A stretch of 32,483 nt of DNA, from positions 1 through 32,483 of the forward strand of contig CAZBKR010000003.1 of the NCBI GenBank assembly GCA_964492455.1. The letters are read 5' to 3'. Below are positions 23,773 to 32,483 of the stretch, in pieces (the stretch's first letter is position 1; each line of letters begins with the position of its first letter). Position numbers and translations under genes: made by a program. The DNA is from an uncultured Oscillospiraceae bacterium. Lineage in GTDB: Bacteria > Bacillota > Clostridia > Saccharofermentanales > UBA5734. The notes beneath the pieces are model-generated. The model did not search any database. It was not told the DNA's origin and saw only the letters and a list, made by a program, of their open reading frames with translations.

Positions 23773-25872
23773 ATGATTACGCAAATCCGAAAACGGGATG
23801 GACATATCGCAGCATTTCAGCCGGATAAAATCACACTGGCCATTTTCAAGGCCGCCGTCGCGGTCGGCGGCGACAACTGGGAGAGAGCCGAATCGCTGAT
23901 GAGGCAGGTCTCCGAGATCGCGGACCGGCGCTATCTGGACGGTCTCGCGGAGGTCGAAGGGATCCAGGACATCGTCGAAAAAGTCCTGATCGAAAACGGA
24001 CATGCCAAAACCGCCAAAGCCTATATTCTGTATCGGGAGAAAAGGCGCACGGCCCGCGAGGCGAGTGCGCTGGTCGGTGCGACGGTCGACATGTTCTCCC
24101 AATATCTGGGGGACCGCGACTGGCAGATCCAGGAAAACGCCAATACACAGCGCTCGATCAACGGTATGAACAACTATATCCGCGAAGCGTTTACCAAACA
24201 GTACTGGCTGCATGAAATCTATCCGGCTCCCATCCGCGAGGCCCACCAGTCCGGAGACCTGCACCTGCATGATCTCGGATTTTTCGGGCCCTACTGTGCG
24301 GGCTGGGATCTGCGTCAGCTTTTGATGGACGGCTTTGGCGGTGTTCCGGGAAAAGTGGAATCCAGTCCGTCCCGACACCTGCGTTCCTTCCTGGGACAGA
24401 TCACCAACTCCACCTTTACCACCCAGGGCGAGACTGCGGGGGCACAGGCCTGGTCGTCGTTCGACACCTACTGCGCTCCTTTCATTCGCTACGACCGCCT
24501 CACCTATACCCAGGTCAAACAAGCTCTGCAGGAATTCATCTTCAACATCAATGTGCCGACCCGCGTCGGATTCCAATGCCCGTTCTCCAACCTGACCTTC
24601 GATATCGTGCCGCCCCGCACTCTGAGGGAGGAGCCGGTGATTCTCGCCGGCCAGTACACAGGAGACAAATACGGCGATTTCCAGGCGGAAATGGATCTGT
24701 TTAACCAGGCGTTCTGCGATGTCATGCTGGAAGGCGATGCCAAGGGAAGGGTGTTCACATTCCCGATTCCGACGATCAACATCACCAGAGAGTTCGACTG
24801 GGACTCCCCGGTGGTCAACCGGTTTATGGAGATCACCTGCAAATACGGCATTCCGTATTTTTCCAACTACGTCAATTCGGATCTGTCCCCTGAAGACGCG
24901 GTCTCGATGTGCTGCCGGCTGCGGCTCGACACCTCCGAATTGCGCAAACGCGGAGGCGGGCTGTTTGGATCCAACCCGCTGACCGGATCCATCGGGGTGG
25001 TCACGATCAACCTGCCCCGGATCGGATATCTGGCTGAGACGGAAATAGATTTCTTTGCCCGGCTCAAACACCAGGTGGAACTCGCGCGGGATTCGCTGGA
25101 GATCAAGCGCAAGACGATCGAGGAGCAGACCGCGCGAGGGCTGTATCCGTATTCCGCCCACTATCTGCGCGCTATCAAGGAGCGCACCGGGCAGTACTGG
25201 TACAACCACTTCAACACCGTCGGTCTGGTCGGGATGAACGAAGCCTGCATCAATTTCCTGGGGGAGGACAGCGATCTGACAACACCGGAGGGGCAGGCAT
25301 TTGCTGCCCGCACACTGGACTGCATGCGGTCACTGCTCCAGGAAATCCAGGAGCAGACCGGACATTTTTATAACCTCGAAGCCACACCGGCCGAAGGAAC
25401 AAGCTATTCTCTCGCGCGAAAAGACAGAGATCTGTATCCGGACATCCGCACCGCCGGTGAGAACGTGCCCTATTATACAAATTCCTCCCAGCTTCCGGTC
25501 GGCTTCACGGACGACATTTTTGAGACACTGGATCTCCAGGACGAGTTGCAGTCCCGTTATACCGGAGGTACCGTGCTGCACCTCTACCTCGGCGAGCGGA
25601 TCCCGGACATCGAAGTGGCGAAGAAACTGATCCGCAAAACATTTGAAAACTATAAATTGCCTTATATCTCACTGACTCCCACGTTTTCGATCTGCCCGAC
25701 GCACGGCTATCTCGTTGGAGAGCACTTCACCTGTCCCGAGTGCGGAGCGGATGCCGAGGTATGGAGCCGGGTCGTCGGCTATCTGCGGCCGGTGCAGAAC
25801 TTCCACAAGGGAAAGAAAGAAGAATACCGTCAGCGGACAAAATATGTAATGCGCAAATCCGAACTCGCATGA
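23773..25872 (+). CDS. nrdD: Anaerobic ribonucleoside-triphosphate reductase (class III), with N-terminal ATP-cone
   Basis: An ATP-cone (MITQIRKRDGHIAAFQPDKI) lies at the N-terminus. The C-terminus has a Zn-ribbon (CPTHG...CPECG) and the glycyl-radical motif SRVVGYLRPV (Gly codon 25777-25779). GGGGGA lies upstream of the ATG at 23773. Confidence 0.95.
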   Translation: MITQIRKRDGHIAAFQPDKITLAIFKAAVAVGGDNWERAESLMRQVSEIADRRYLDGLAEVEGIQDIVEKVLIENGHAKTAKAYILYREKRRTAREASALVGATVDMFSQYLGDRDWQIQENANTQRSINGMNNYIREAFTKQYWLHEIYPAPIREAHQSGDLHLHDLGFFGPYCAGWDLRQLLMDGFGGVPGKVESSPSRHLRSFLGQITNSTFTTQGETAGAQAWSSFDTYCAPFIRYDRLTYTQVKQALQEFIFNINVPTRVGFQCPFSNLTFDIVPPRTLREEPVILAGQYTGDKYGDFQAEMDLFNQAFCDVMLEGDAKGRVFTFPIPTINITREFDWDSPVVNRFMEITCKYGIPYFSNYVNSDLSPEDAVSMCCRLRLDTSELRKRGGGLFGSNPLTGSIGVVTINLPRIGYLAETEIDFFARLKHQVELARDSLEIKRKTIEEQTARGLYPYSAHYLRAIKERTGQYWYNHFNTVGLVGMNEACINFLGEDSDLTTPEGQAFAARTLDCMRSLLQEIQEQTGHFYNLEATPAEGTSYSLARKDRDLYPDIRTAGENVPYYTNSSQLPVGFTDDIFETLDLQDELQSRYTGGTVLHLYLGERIPDIEVAKKLIRKTFENYKLPYISLTPTFSICPTHGYLVGEHFTCPECGADAEVWSRVVGYLRPVQNFHKGKKEEYRQRTKYVMRKSELA

Positions 25873-26585
25873 AAATCGCCGGGCTGGTTCGGCTTTCCAC
25901 CGTGGACTTCCCCGGACGTCTGGCGGCTGTCGTGTTCACGGCGGGCTGCGATCTGGATTGTTTTTATTGTCACAACCGTTTGCTGCTTGGAGCCGGGGCA
26001 CCGGAAATGGCACTCGCGGACGTCGTTGCTTTTCTGGACAAACGCCGCGGTGTGCTGGATGGTGTGGTCGTGTCGGGAGGAGAGCCGACGATCCAGCCGG
26101 GGCTCCCGGCGTTTCTTCGTTTACTGCGTGATATGGGGTACGCAGTCAAACTGGACACCAACGGCGGTCACCCGTCGGTACTGGAACAGCTGATCCAGGC
26201 CAGACCTTCGCCGCTGGTCGACTATATCGCGATGGACATCAAAGCTCCCTGGTCGCGATATCCCGATGTCTGCGGAGGGGAGCCGGAAGTGGCGGAGAAT
26301 GTTCAGGAATCGGTTTCGATCCTGTCGCGGCTTGCTGCCGGTGCAGGTATCGCTTGGGAACTGCGCACGACAGTCGTCCCCCAATTGTCGGAGGACGACC
26401 TCGTGGAGATGGGCTCTTTGCTCCCTCCGGTTCCGATCTATGCGCTGCAGCAGTATCGACGTCCGGAGGTCTTTCGTCCGGAGGACCGTTTTCGCGTTGC
26501 TGCCGCCGCTTTGACACCGGAGGGGCTGGAACGTGCTGCTGTCCGGATGCGCGCATTCCAGCCCAATGTGGTTGTGAGGGCCTGA
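25869..26585 (+). CDS. nrdG: Anaerobic ribonucleotide reductase activating protein (radical SAM)
   Basis: The N-terminus MKIAGLVRLSTVDFPGRLAAVVFTAGCDLDCFYCHN carries the CxxxCxxC cluster motif, and GVVVSGGEPT follows. The ATG overlaps the nrdD stop (ATGA at 25869-25872). Confidence 0.9.
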   Translation: MKIAGLVRLSTVDFPGRLAAVVFTAGCDLDCFYCHNRLLLGAGAPEMALADVVAFLDKRRGVLDGVVVSGGEPTIQPGLPAFLRLLRDMGYAVKLDTNGGHPSVLEQLIQARPSPLVDYIAMDIKAPWSRYPDVCGGEPEVAENVQESVSILSRLAAGAGIAWELRTTVVPQLSEDDLVEMGSLLPPVPIYALQQYRRPEVFRPEDRFRVAAAALTPEGLERAAVRMRAFQPNVVVRA

Positions 26586-26648
26586 ATCGTGCCATGAAGT
26601 CGGATTGTCCCGGAAAGGTGATCCGATGTTACCAAATCTCATCGCAGG

Positions 26649-28160
26649 ATGGCCTATACTGATTCTATGGATAAGAGGATTGTTCTCGCTCCGGCCCTGT
26701 TGATCCTGTTCGGGACCACCGGGGATCTGGCGGCTAAAAAATTATTTCCTGCTCTCCGGTCCCTGCACGACAGCGGTGATCTGCCGGTGAATGCAACGAT
26801 TCTGGGCATCGGACGACGTCCCTGGGACGATGTGACCTATCGCGCGCAAGTCGCCGAAGCGGTTGCCGAAGCTTCGAACGGTGCGGCGGCACCGGATCCG
26901 GCCTTTCTGAACCGGTTCTACTACCACCGTATGGATATGTGGGACACAAACGCCTATGACGAACTCCGCAGCCGCGCAGACGCGTTGGCACGTGCGCGAA
27001 ACCTGGGCGACAACCGGATCTATTTCCTCGCGACCGCCCCCGACCTGTTTCCTGTGATCGCGGAACATACCGGCCGGACAGGACAGGTTGTGAACGGAGG
27101 TTTCCGGCGTCTGATGGTGGAAAAGCCGTTCGGACGGGATCTCACGAGCGCACAATCCTTCAACGAAGGGTTGTACCGGCGGTTCTCGGAACATGAAATC
27201 TACCGGATCGATCACTATCTGGGCAAAGAAATGCTTCAGAATATCCTTGTACTGCGGTTTGCCAACCGCCTGTTTGAACCGGTATGGAACGCGGAACACA
27301 TCGATCACATTCAGATCAGTGTTCGGGAGTCGGGCGGTGTGGACCAGCGGGGCGGTTATTACGACCAGGCCGGTGCTTTGCGCGATATGGTACAGAACCA
27401 TCTTCTACAGTTGCTGGCCTTGCTGGCGATGGAGAAACCGGACTGTTTCGACACTGAGTGCGTGCGGGACGAGAAAGTGAAGGTTCTCCGCGGGCTGCGG
27501 ATGTTCCACCCGACTGAAACGGATCCCGGCATCCTGCTGGGTCAGTATGGCGCTACAGGTCCCCGGCCGGGGTATCGGGACGAAAAGGGAGTCAAACCGG
27601 ACTCCGAAACCGAGACCTTTGCCGCGCTTCGCCTGGAGGTGGATAATCCCCGGTGGCGGGGGGTTCCGTTTTTCCTGCGGACGGGCAAAGCGCTGGACCG
27701 CAGCGCGGCGGATATCGCAGTGGTGTTCAAACCGGTTCCATATGGCAGGAAAGATCCGTTCGAACAGCCCAACGTGCTGTTGCTGCGGATCCAGCCGCAG
27801 GAGGGGGTCAGTCTGCAGTTCAATATCAAGCAGCCGGGAACGGTTTCGACCGTCACACAGGTTGATATGGATTTTTGTCAGACCTGCCGGTTTCCGGGAC
27901 AATCTCCCGATGCTTATGTACGGCTGCTGCGTGACGCGTGGGCCGGCGACCTCAACCTGTTTACGCGCTGGGATGAAATCGAAGCAGCGTGGACACTGGT
28001 CGACAGTATCCAGGCGATGCGGGCCGGGATCGAACTCACAACCTATCCGCGCGGATCTGCGGGACCGGACGCTGCCCGCCGGTTGCTGGAGCAGGACAAC
28101 CGGTTCTGGATCGAACCGGAAGACAAGATACCCGGTTCATGTGGATCCTGTTGTTTGTGA
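26649..28160 (+). CDS. zwf: Glucose-6-phosphate 1-dehydrogenase
   Basis: A dinucleotide motif (LFGTTGDLAAKKLFPAL) and the active-site signature RIDHYLGKE are present. The start is uncertain (ATG 26649 or 26667, neither with a good RBS). Confidence 0.93.
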   Translation: MAYTDSMDKRIVLAPALLILFGTTGDLAAKKLFPALRSLHDSGDLPVNATILGIGRRPWDDVTYRAQVAEAVAEASNGAAAPDPAFLNRFYYHRMDMWDTNAYDELRSRADALARARNLGDNRIYFLATAPDLFPVIAEHTGRTGQVVNGGFRRLMVEKPFGRDLTSAQSFNEGLYRRFSEHEIYRIDHYLGKEMLQNILVLRFANRLFEPVWNAEHIDHIQISVRESGGVDQRGGYYDQAGALRDMVQNHLLQLLALLAMEKPDCFDTECVRDEKVKVLRGLRMFHPTETDPGILLGQYGATGPRPGYRDEKGVKPDSETETFAALRLEVDNPRWRGVPFFLRTGKALDRSAADIAVVFKPVPYGRKDPFEQPNVLLLRIQPQEGVSLQFNIKQPGTVSTVTQVDMDFCQTCRFPGQSPDAYVRLLRDAWAGDLNLFTRWDEIEAAWTLVDSIQAMRAGIELTTYPRGSAGPDAARRLLEQDNRFWIEPEDKIPGSCGSCCL

Positions 28161-28179
28161 AGCCATACTGGCCGGCTGA

Positions 28180-28878
28180 TTACCGGATTGTCTCACTGAC
28201 ATCACCGGTTACTTCAAACTTAGCGGTAGAGGTCTGACGGATCCGTTTGACAGGACGGATCGCGAGTCGTTCCAGCACCGGCACACGACCCTTGAGCCCG
28301 TAATGCGCGATCAACGTGAACACGATCGATCCGAGCGTGTTGAGCAGGATGTCGGTCATGGTGTCCAGCAATCCGCCGCCGTCCAGATTGCGCTGCATAT
28401 TCATACCCAGCACAGAATCCAGTGTATATTCCACGATTTCCCAGATCGTGCCGATGGTCATGATAAAGCAGAAAATCAGCAGTAAGGAGACGCCGTGAGA
28501 TAGGCCCCGGTTCTCCGGCGCACGGTTACGCGCCGCTTGCACAATGGAGTAGGCTGCAATCCCGATGGCGGGAGCCGATAAAAAATGAAGCATCGCGTCC
28601 CACCACCAGAACCGGTAATACCATTCGTTTACGCTGCCTAAAAACATCCCGATGAAGATAAAAAGCATCATCACGGTTTTGGTGACCGGGGGAACATGGA
28701 GTCTTTTACCGATTTCAAACAGGAACGGAGCGATCAATGCGATCGCTGTGGTCATCCCCTGGTTGAAGTATACCCACCGGTCGCTCCGGTCCGACAGCAG
28801 AACTGCGATACAGATGCCGGAAATGATCAGAAACAGCAATAGAAAAAGAACGCGCACGGCTCGCTCGTTTCGGTCCAA
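28180..28878 (-). CDS. Polytopic integral membrane protein (possibly VanZ-like or YjdF-like; family uncertain)
   Basis: The protein is 232 aa with about 6 hydrophobic segments. Motifs WWWDAMLHFLSAP and LLDTMTDILLNTLGSIVF are reminiscent of VanZ-type membrane proteins. The gene is convergent with zwf (19-bp gap). Confidence 0.65.
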   Translation of the reverse strand: MDRNERAVRVLFLLLFLIISGICIAVLLSDRSDRWVYFNQGMTTAIALIAPFLFEIGKRLHVPPVTKTVMMLFIFIGMFLGSVNEWYYRFWWWDAMLHFLSAPAIGIAAYSIVQAARNRAPENRGLSHGVSLLLIFCFIMTIGTIWEIVEYTLDSVLGMNMQRNLDGGGLLDTMTDILLNTLGSIVFTLIAHYGLKGRVPVLERLAIRPVKRIRQTSTAKFEVTGDVSETIR

Positions 28879-29074
28879 AGCACTGTCCTCCGCACGGGAT
28901 GGCCGGAACCTGTGTATCCGGCCGGCTGGTTACCGTCTTCCTGATTATGGCACAATTTTCGGGAATACAGGGAAAGAATGTAAACCAGAAAGAACATTTG
29001 TTTTTTGCTGTACAATGAAGGCATCGGCTGTTTTTGTTCATGCAGAACGGATGAGGACACAACGGGAGACGGAC

Positions 29075-30307
29075 ATGGGTGGACACCACGAACATTCCAT
29101 CACCAGGGAACAGGCGGGCGACTTTCTCGCCTGTCTCCATTTTCGCGACAGTGCCATCAGCATCGATCCAAAGACCGTCTCGGACTCGTCAGTGGTCAGC
29201 GACAAGATCCTGGATACGGTCCGTCGTCTGGGATGCATACAGTACGACCCGCTCGATGTCGTCGGTCGCAACCACGACCTCGTGCTGCAAAGCCGCGTAC
29301 CGGGCTACCGGCCGGCGTTGCTGGGACAGGTGCTGTATACCCCGACTCCCCGGCAACTGGTCGAAGGCATCGACAAGATGCTCGCGATATTTCCGGTCGA
29401 AGACTGGCCGCATCTTGTGCGCACAAGGCGCAGATTGTTTGCGGAGTTCGGAACAAGACCCGCTGTAGAAGCCGTGCTGCCCAATGTGAGGCGGCATTTG
29501 GAGCAGACGGAAGGTCCGATCTCATCGGAGGATCTGGACTACGACGAGAAAGTCCGGTGGCCCTGGGGCGCGACCCGTCTGTCCAGAGCGGCACTCGAAG
29601 CGCTCTGGTACGGCGGAGAGGTCATTTTGCACCATCGGGAGAGGACGCGGCGTTTTTACGGGTTGACGTCCCGATTGCTGCCGCCTTCCGTTTGGGATTG
29701 CGAAGACCCTTTCCCTGACGATGCCTCTTATTTTCGGTGGCACACCTTGCGGCGGATCCGGGGGGTGGGTATGCTCAGGGACCGGCCCGGCAGCGGCTGG
29801 CTGGGGATCGATGGGTACCATTCCGCCGCGCGGTCGGCTGCGTTTACCGAGTTGATCAACCGCGGCGAGCTGGTACCTGTGCGGATTGAAGGGTTGCCGG
29901 AACAGAAACCGTATCACGTCGCGACACAGGACCTGCCGGTGCTCGAACGGGCGCTCCGGGAAGGGACACCGAGAGAGGTGCGGATACTTGCCCCACTGGA
30001 TAATTTGATCTGGGATCGACGTATGGTGTCGGAGCTCTTTGGGTTTGACTATACCTGGGAGGTCTACACGCCGGTTTCCAAACGCAAATACGGACATTAT
30101 GTGCTTCCGGTCATGCAGGGCAGCCGGTTTGTCGCACGATTCGAGCCGGAACCCCACCGGACAGGCCGGCCGCTGGTGGTGCGCCGCTGGTGGTGGGAAC
30201 CCGGTGTGATCGTCGATACGGAGGTACGCGGTGCCATTGAGTCCGCGCTCATCCGGTTTGCGGCGTATCTGGGTGCCGGAAGCATTGAGATGGAGTCCCC
30301 TTTTTGA
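29075..30307 (+). CDS. YcaQ/AlkZ-family winged-helix DNA glycosylase (interstrand-crosslink/alkylpurine repair, DUF1006)
   Basis: The translation RRLGCIQYDPLDVVGRNHDLVLQSRVPGY carries the Q-phi-D catalytic motif (QYD, nt 29240-29248) of the YcaQ subgroup. The C-terminal YTPVSKRKYGHYVLPVMQGSRFVARFE is also characteristic. GGGAG lies 6 nt upstream of the ATG at 29075. The track start at 28652 overlaps the opposite-strand gene and is rejected. Confidence 0.8.
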   Translation: MGGHHEHSITREQAGDFLACLHFRDSAISIDPKTVSDSSVVSDKILDTVRRLGCIQYDPLDVVGRNHDLVLQSRVPGYRPALLGQVLYTPTPRQLVEGIDKMLAIFPVEDWPHLVRTRRRLFAEFGTRPAVEAVLPNVRRHLEQTEGPISSEDLDYDEKVRWPWGATRLSRAALEALWYGGEVILHHRERTRRFYGLTSRLLPPSVWDCEDPFPDDASYFRWHTLRRIRGVGMLRDRPGSGWLGIDGYHSAARSAAFTELINRGELVPVRIEGLPEQKPYHVATQDLPVLERALREGTPREVRILAPLDNLIWDRRMVSELFGFDYTWEVYTPVSKRKYGHYVLPVMQGSRFVARFEPEPHRTGRPLVVRRWWWEPGVIVDTEVRGAIESALIRFAAYLGAGSIEMESPF

Positions 30308-30341
30308 TATCGTAAAACAATCGGATTCAGGAGGCGGCAAC

Positions 30342-30779
30342 ATGAGTTTTACTTCCGGCATCGAGTTCTCGCAGCATCTGACTGTGGAGGAGTACAACCA
30401 TCTGCGCGTCGCGGTCGGTTGGCAGCCGGTTGCAAACCGCCTGGCTCAGAACAGCCTGCACAACGCGCTGTTTATGACAGTCGCGCGCGAGGACGGTCAT
30501 CCGGTCGGAATGGCACGGGTACTTGGGGACGGGGGATACATTCTCTATATCGCGGATGTGATTGTACTGCCTACCTGCCAGCGTGCCGGCATCGGCACCC
30601 GTATGATGGAAAAGGTCATGACTTTTATCGATGGTTATACGCAACCAGGGGAACGCGTGTTTGTGAACCTTATGGCAGCTGCCGGCAAAGAACCTTTCTA
30701 TACCCGTTTCGGATTTACGGTTCGTCCCGACGAAGGGGCGTTGGGTGCCGGTATGTCGATGTACTGTGGGCGGGATTGA
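30342..30779 (+). CDS. GNAT family N-acetyltransferase
   Basis: The translation shows VLPTCQRAGIGTRMMEKVM and FYTRFGF. CAGGAGG lies 7 nt upstream of the ATG at 30342. Confidence 0.8.
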   Translation: MSFTSGIEFSQHLTVEEYNHLRVAVGWQPVANRLAQNSLHNALFMTVAREDGHPVGMARVLGDGGYILYIADVIVLPTCQRAGIGTRMMEKVMTFIDGYTQPGERVFVNLMAAAGKEPFYTRFGFTVRPDEGALGAGMSMYCGRD

Positions 30780-30816
30780 ATCCAGCCGTCCGTCATGAAA
30801 ACAGGAGGACTGACAA

Positions 30817-31671
30817 ATGAGAGAACCACCGATTCTGCTGGACGGAAGGCTGCTTGCCAGGGAGATCGAAGCCGACCTCACCCGGCGTGTGGCCAGGATC
30901 CTGGAAAAGACCGGCGAGGTGCCCACCCTTGCCACGATCCTAGTGGGCGAGGACCCCGCTTCTGTCACGTATGTACGCATGAAAGGGAACGCTTGCGCCC
31001 GGATCGGCATGAATTCCCGGAAGGTGATTCTGCCCGGCACCTCCACCACGGAGGATGTACTGGCGGCCATCGATTCATTGAACCGCGCGTCGGATGTGTG
31101 CGGTATTCTGCTGCAACACCCGGTACCGCCTCAGGTCGATGAGCAGCGCTGTTTCAACGCGATCGCCCGGGATAAAGATGTGGACGGGGTCAATGTGGAA
31201 AGTTTCGGCGCGATGACGATGAAACTGCCGGCGTTCGGGAGTGCGACACCGATGGGCATCATGGAAATCCTCAACCGGTTTGACATTCCGGTCGCGGGAC
31301 GCGAGGCGGTGGTGATCGGGCGCAGCCCGATTTTGGGCAAACCTGTCGCAATGCTGCTGCTCAATGCGGACGCGACCGTTACGATCTGCCATTCCCGTAC
31401 GCGGGATCTGCCCGGGATTGTCCGTCGGGCGGACATCGTCGTAGCTGCCGTCGGCAAACCCCTGTTTGTCCAGGCGGACTGGATCAAGGAAGGCGCTGTC
31501 CTGATCGACGCGGGATACAACCCCGGCAACATCGGGGACATCGATCTCGTGAACGCCGCGCCCCGCTCTTGTGCATATACACCGGTTCCGGGCGGTGTGG
31601 GGCCTGTTACGATCTCCATGTTGATGAAACAGACCGTACTCTCAGCAGAACGGCACGCCGGACTGGTTTAG
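30817..31671 (+). CDS. folD: Bifunctional methylenetetrahydrofolate dehydrogenase / methenyltetrahydrofolate cyclohydrolase
   Basis: The translation shows LATILVGEDPASVTYVRMKGNAC, LQHPVP, DVDG, GRSPILGKPVAMLL and PVPGGVGPVTISML. AGGAGG lies 8 nt upstream of the ATG. Confidence 0.95.
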   Translation: MREPPILLDGRLLAREIEADLTRRVARILEKTGEVPTLATILVGEDPASVTYVRMKGNACARIGMNSRKVILPGTSTTEDVLAAIDSLNRASDVCGILLQHPVPPQVDEQRCFNAIARDKDVDGVNVESFGAMTMKLPAFGSATPMGIMEILNRFDIPVAGREAVVIGRSPILGKPVAMLLLNADATVTICHSRTRDLPGIVRRADIVVAAVGKPLFVQADWIKEGAVLIDAGYNPGNIGDIDLVNAAPRSCAYTPVPGGVGPVTISMLMKQTVLSAERHAGLV

Positions 31672-31742
31672 TCGGATCGGAGAGGCAGTGTACACCGGTA
31701 TGCGATGAGCGGCCCGGGAGATCACCGATCCACGGTAAGTGA

Positions 31743-32483
<741 letters not shown>

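Noticed and set aside
23758-25209. A 483-aa minus-strand ORF
   Set aside because: It lies entirely antisense to nrdD, whose identity is unambiguous. The translation has no recognisable domain.
25869-26585. The radical SAM protein as a possible anSME maturase for the sulfatase at 14268
   Set aside because: It overlaps the nrdD stop. It has the NrdG-type N-terminus and size, and no SPASM or auxiliary Cys clusters. It lies 10 kb from the sulfatase.
28161-28179. The 19-bp convergent gap between zwf and the membrane-protein gene, examined for a terminator
   Set aside because: It contains only a CCGGCC palindrome and has no room for a stem-loop. Termination signals, if any, must lie inside the coding regions.
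28652-29074. A 141-codon 5' extension of the YcaQ-like ORF (track start 28652)
   Set aside because: It overlaps the opposite-strand membrane-protein gene and the divergent intergenic region, and the extension has no homology-like sequence. An RBS precedes the ATG at 29075.
29522-31070. Long minus-strand ORFs (29522..30397, 291 aa; 30327..31070, 247 aa)
   Set aside because: They lie antisense to the YcaQ-like, GNAT and folD genes and have biased Arg/Pro/Gly composition. I treat them as shadow ORFs. The same reasoning applies to 10540..11118(-), 12531..13061(-), 14151..14750(-), 15498..16196(-), 16133..16816(-), 20700..21335(-) and 26742..27401(-).

Overview
This window looks like a high-GC (~60%) chromosomal segment from a monoderm, Bacillales-like Bacillota genome. 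That guess rests on the nfeD-floA flotillin operon, AGGAGG-type ribosome-binding sites and the anaerobic nrdDG pair; the taxon is not proven. About 36 protein genes are packed with short gaps. I saw no tRNA, rRNA, CRISPR array, transposase, integrase or phage genes, so most of the window is ordinary core genome. Housekeeping genes include nrdD-nrdG, zwf, folD, eno (3' partial), pcm, aqpZ, floA, an AlkA-like and a YcaQ/AlkZ-like DNA glycosylase, an OFA-type MFS transporter, a Cys-type sulfatase, a GGDEF diguanylate cyclase and four GNAT acetyltransferases. The most notable locus is a complete heliorhodopsin gene (2702..3490) with its diagnostic residues intact. A small membrane protein with an HEYGH zincin motif follows 56 bp downstream on the same strand, and a decayed nitroreductase gene lies upstream. 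I propose the heliorhodopsin plus HExxH protein as a candidate undescribed light-sensor/effector pair. Other points worth a second look are listed below.
- A carbamoyltransferase-fold protein has every canonical catalytic motif altered.
- A GNAT-HIT fusion sits directly behind a ferredoxin gene.
- The flotillin operon is extended by a DUF1576-like permease-like protein and an overlapping small ORF.
- A GT-C-type membrane glycosyltransferase is split by a frameshift at a G4 run.
- Tandem NrdR-box-like palindromes lie upstream of nrdD.
All family assignments come from motif recognition by eye. No database search or computation was run.
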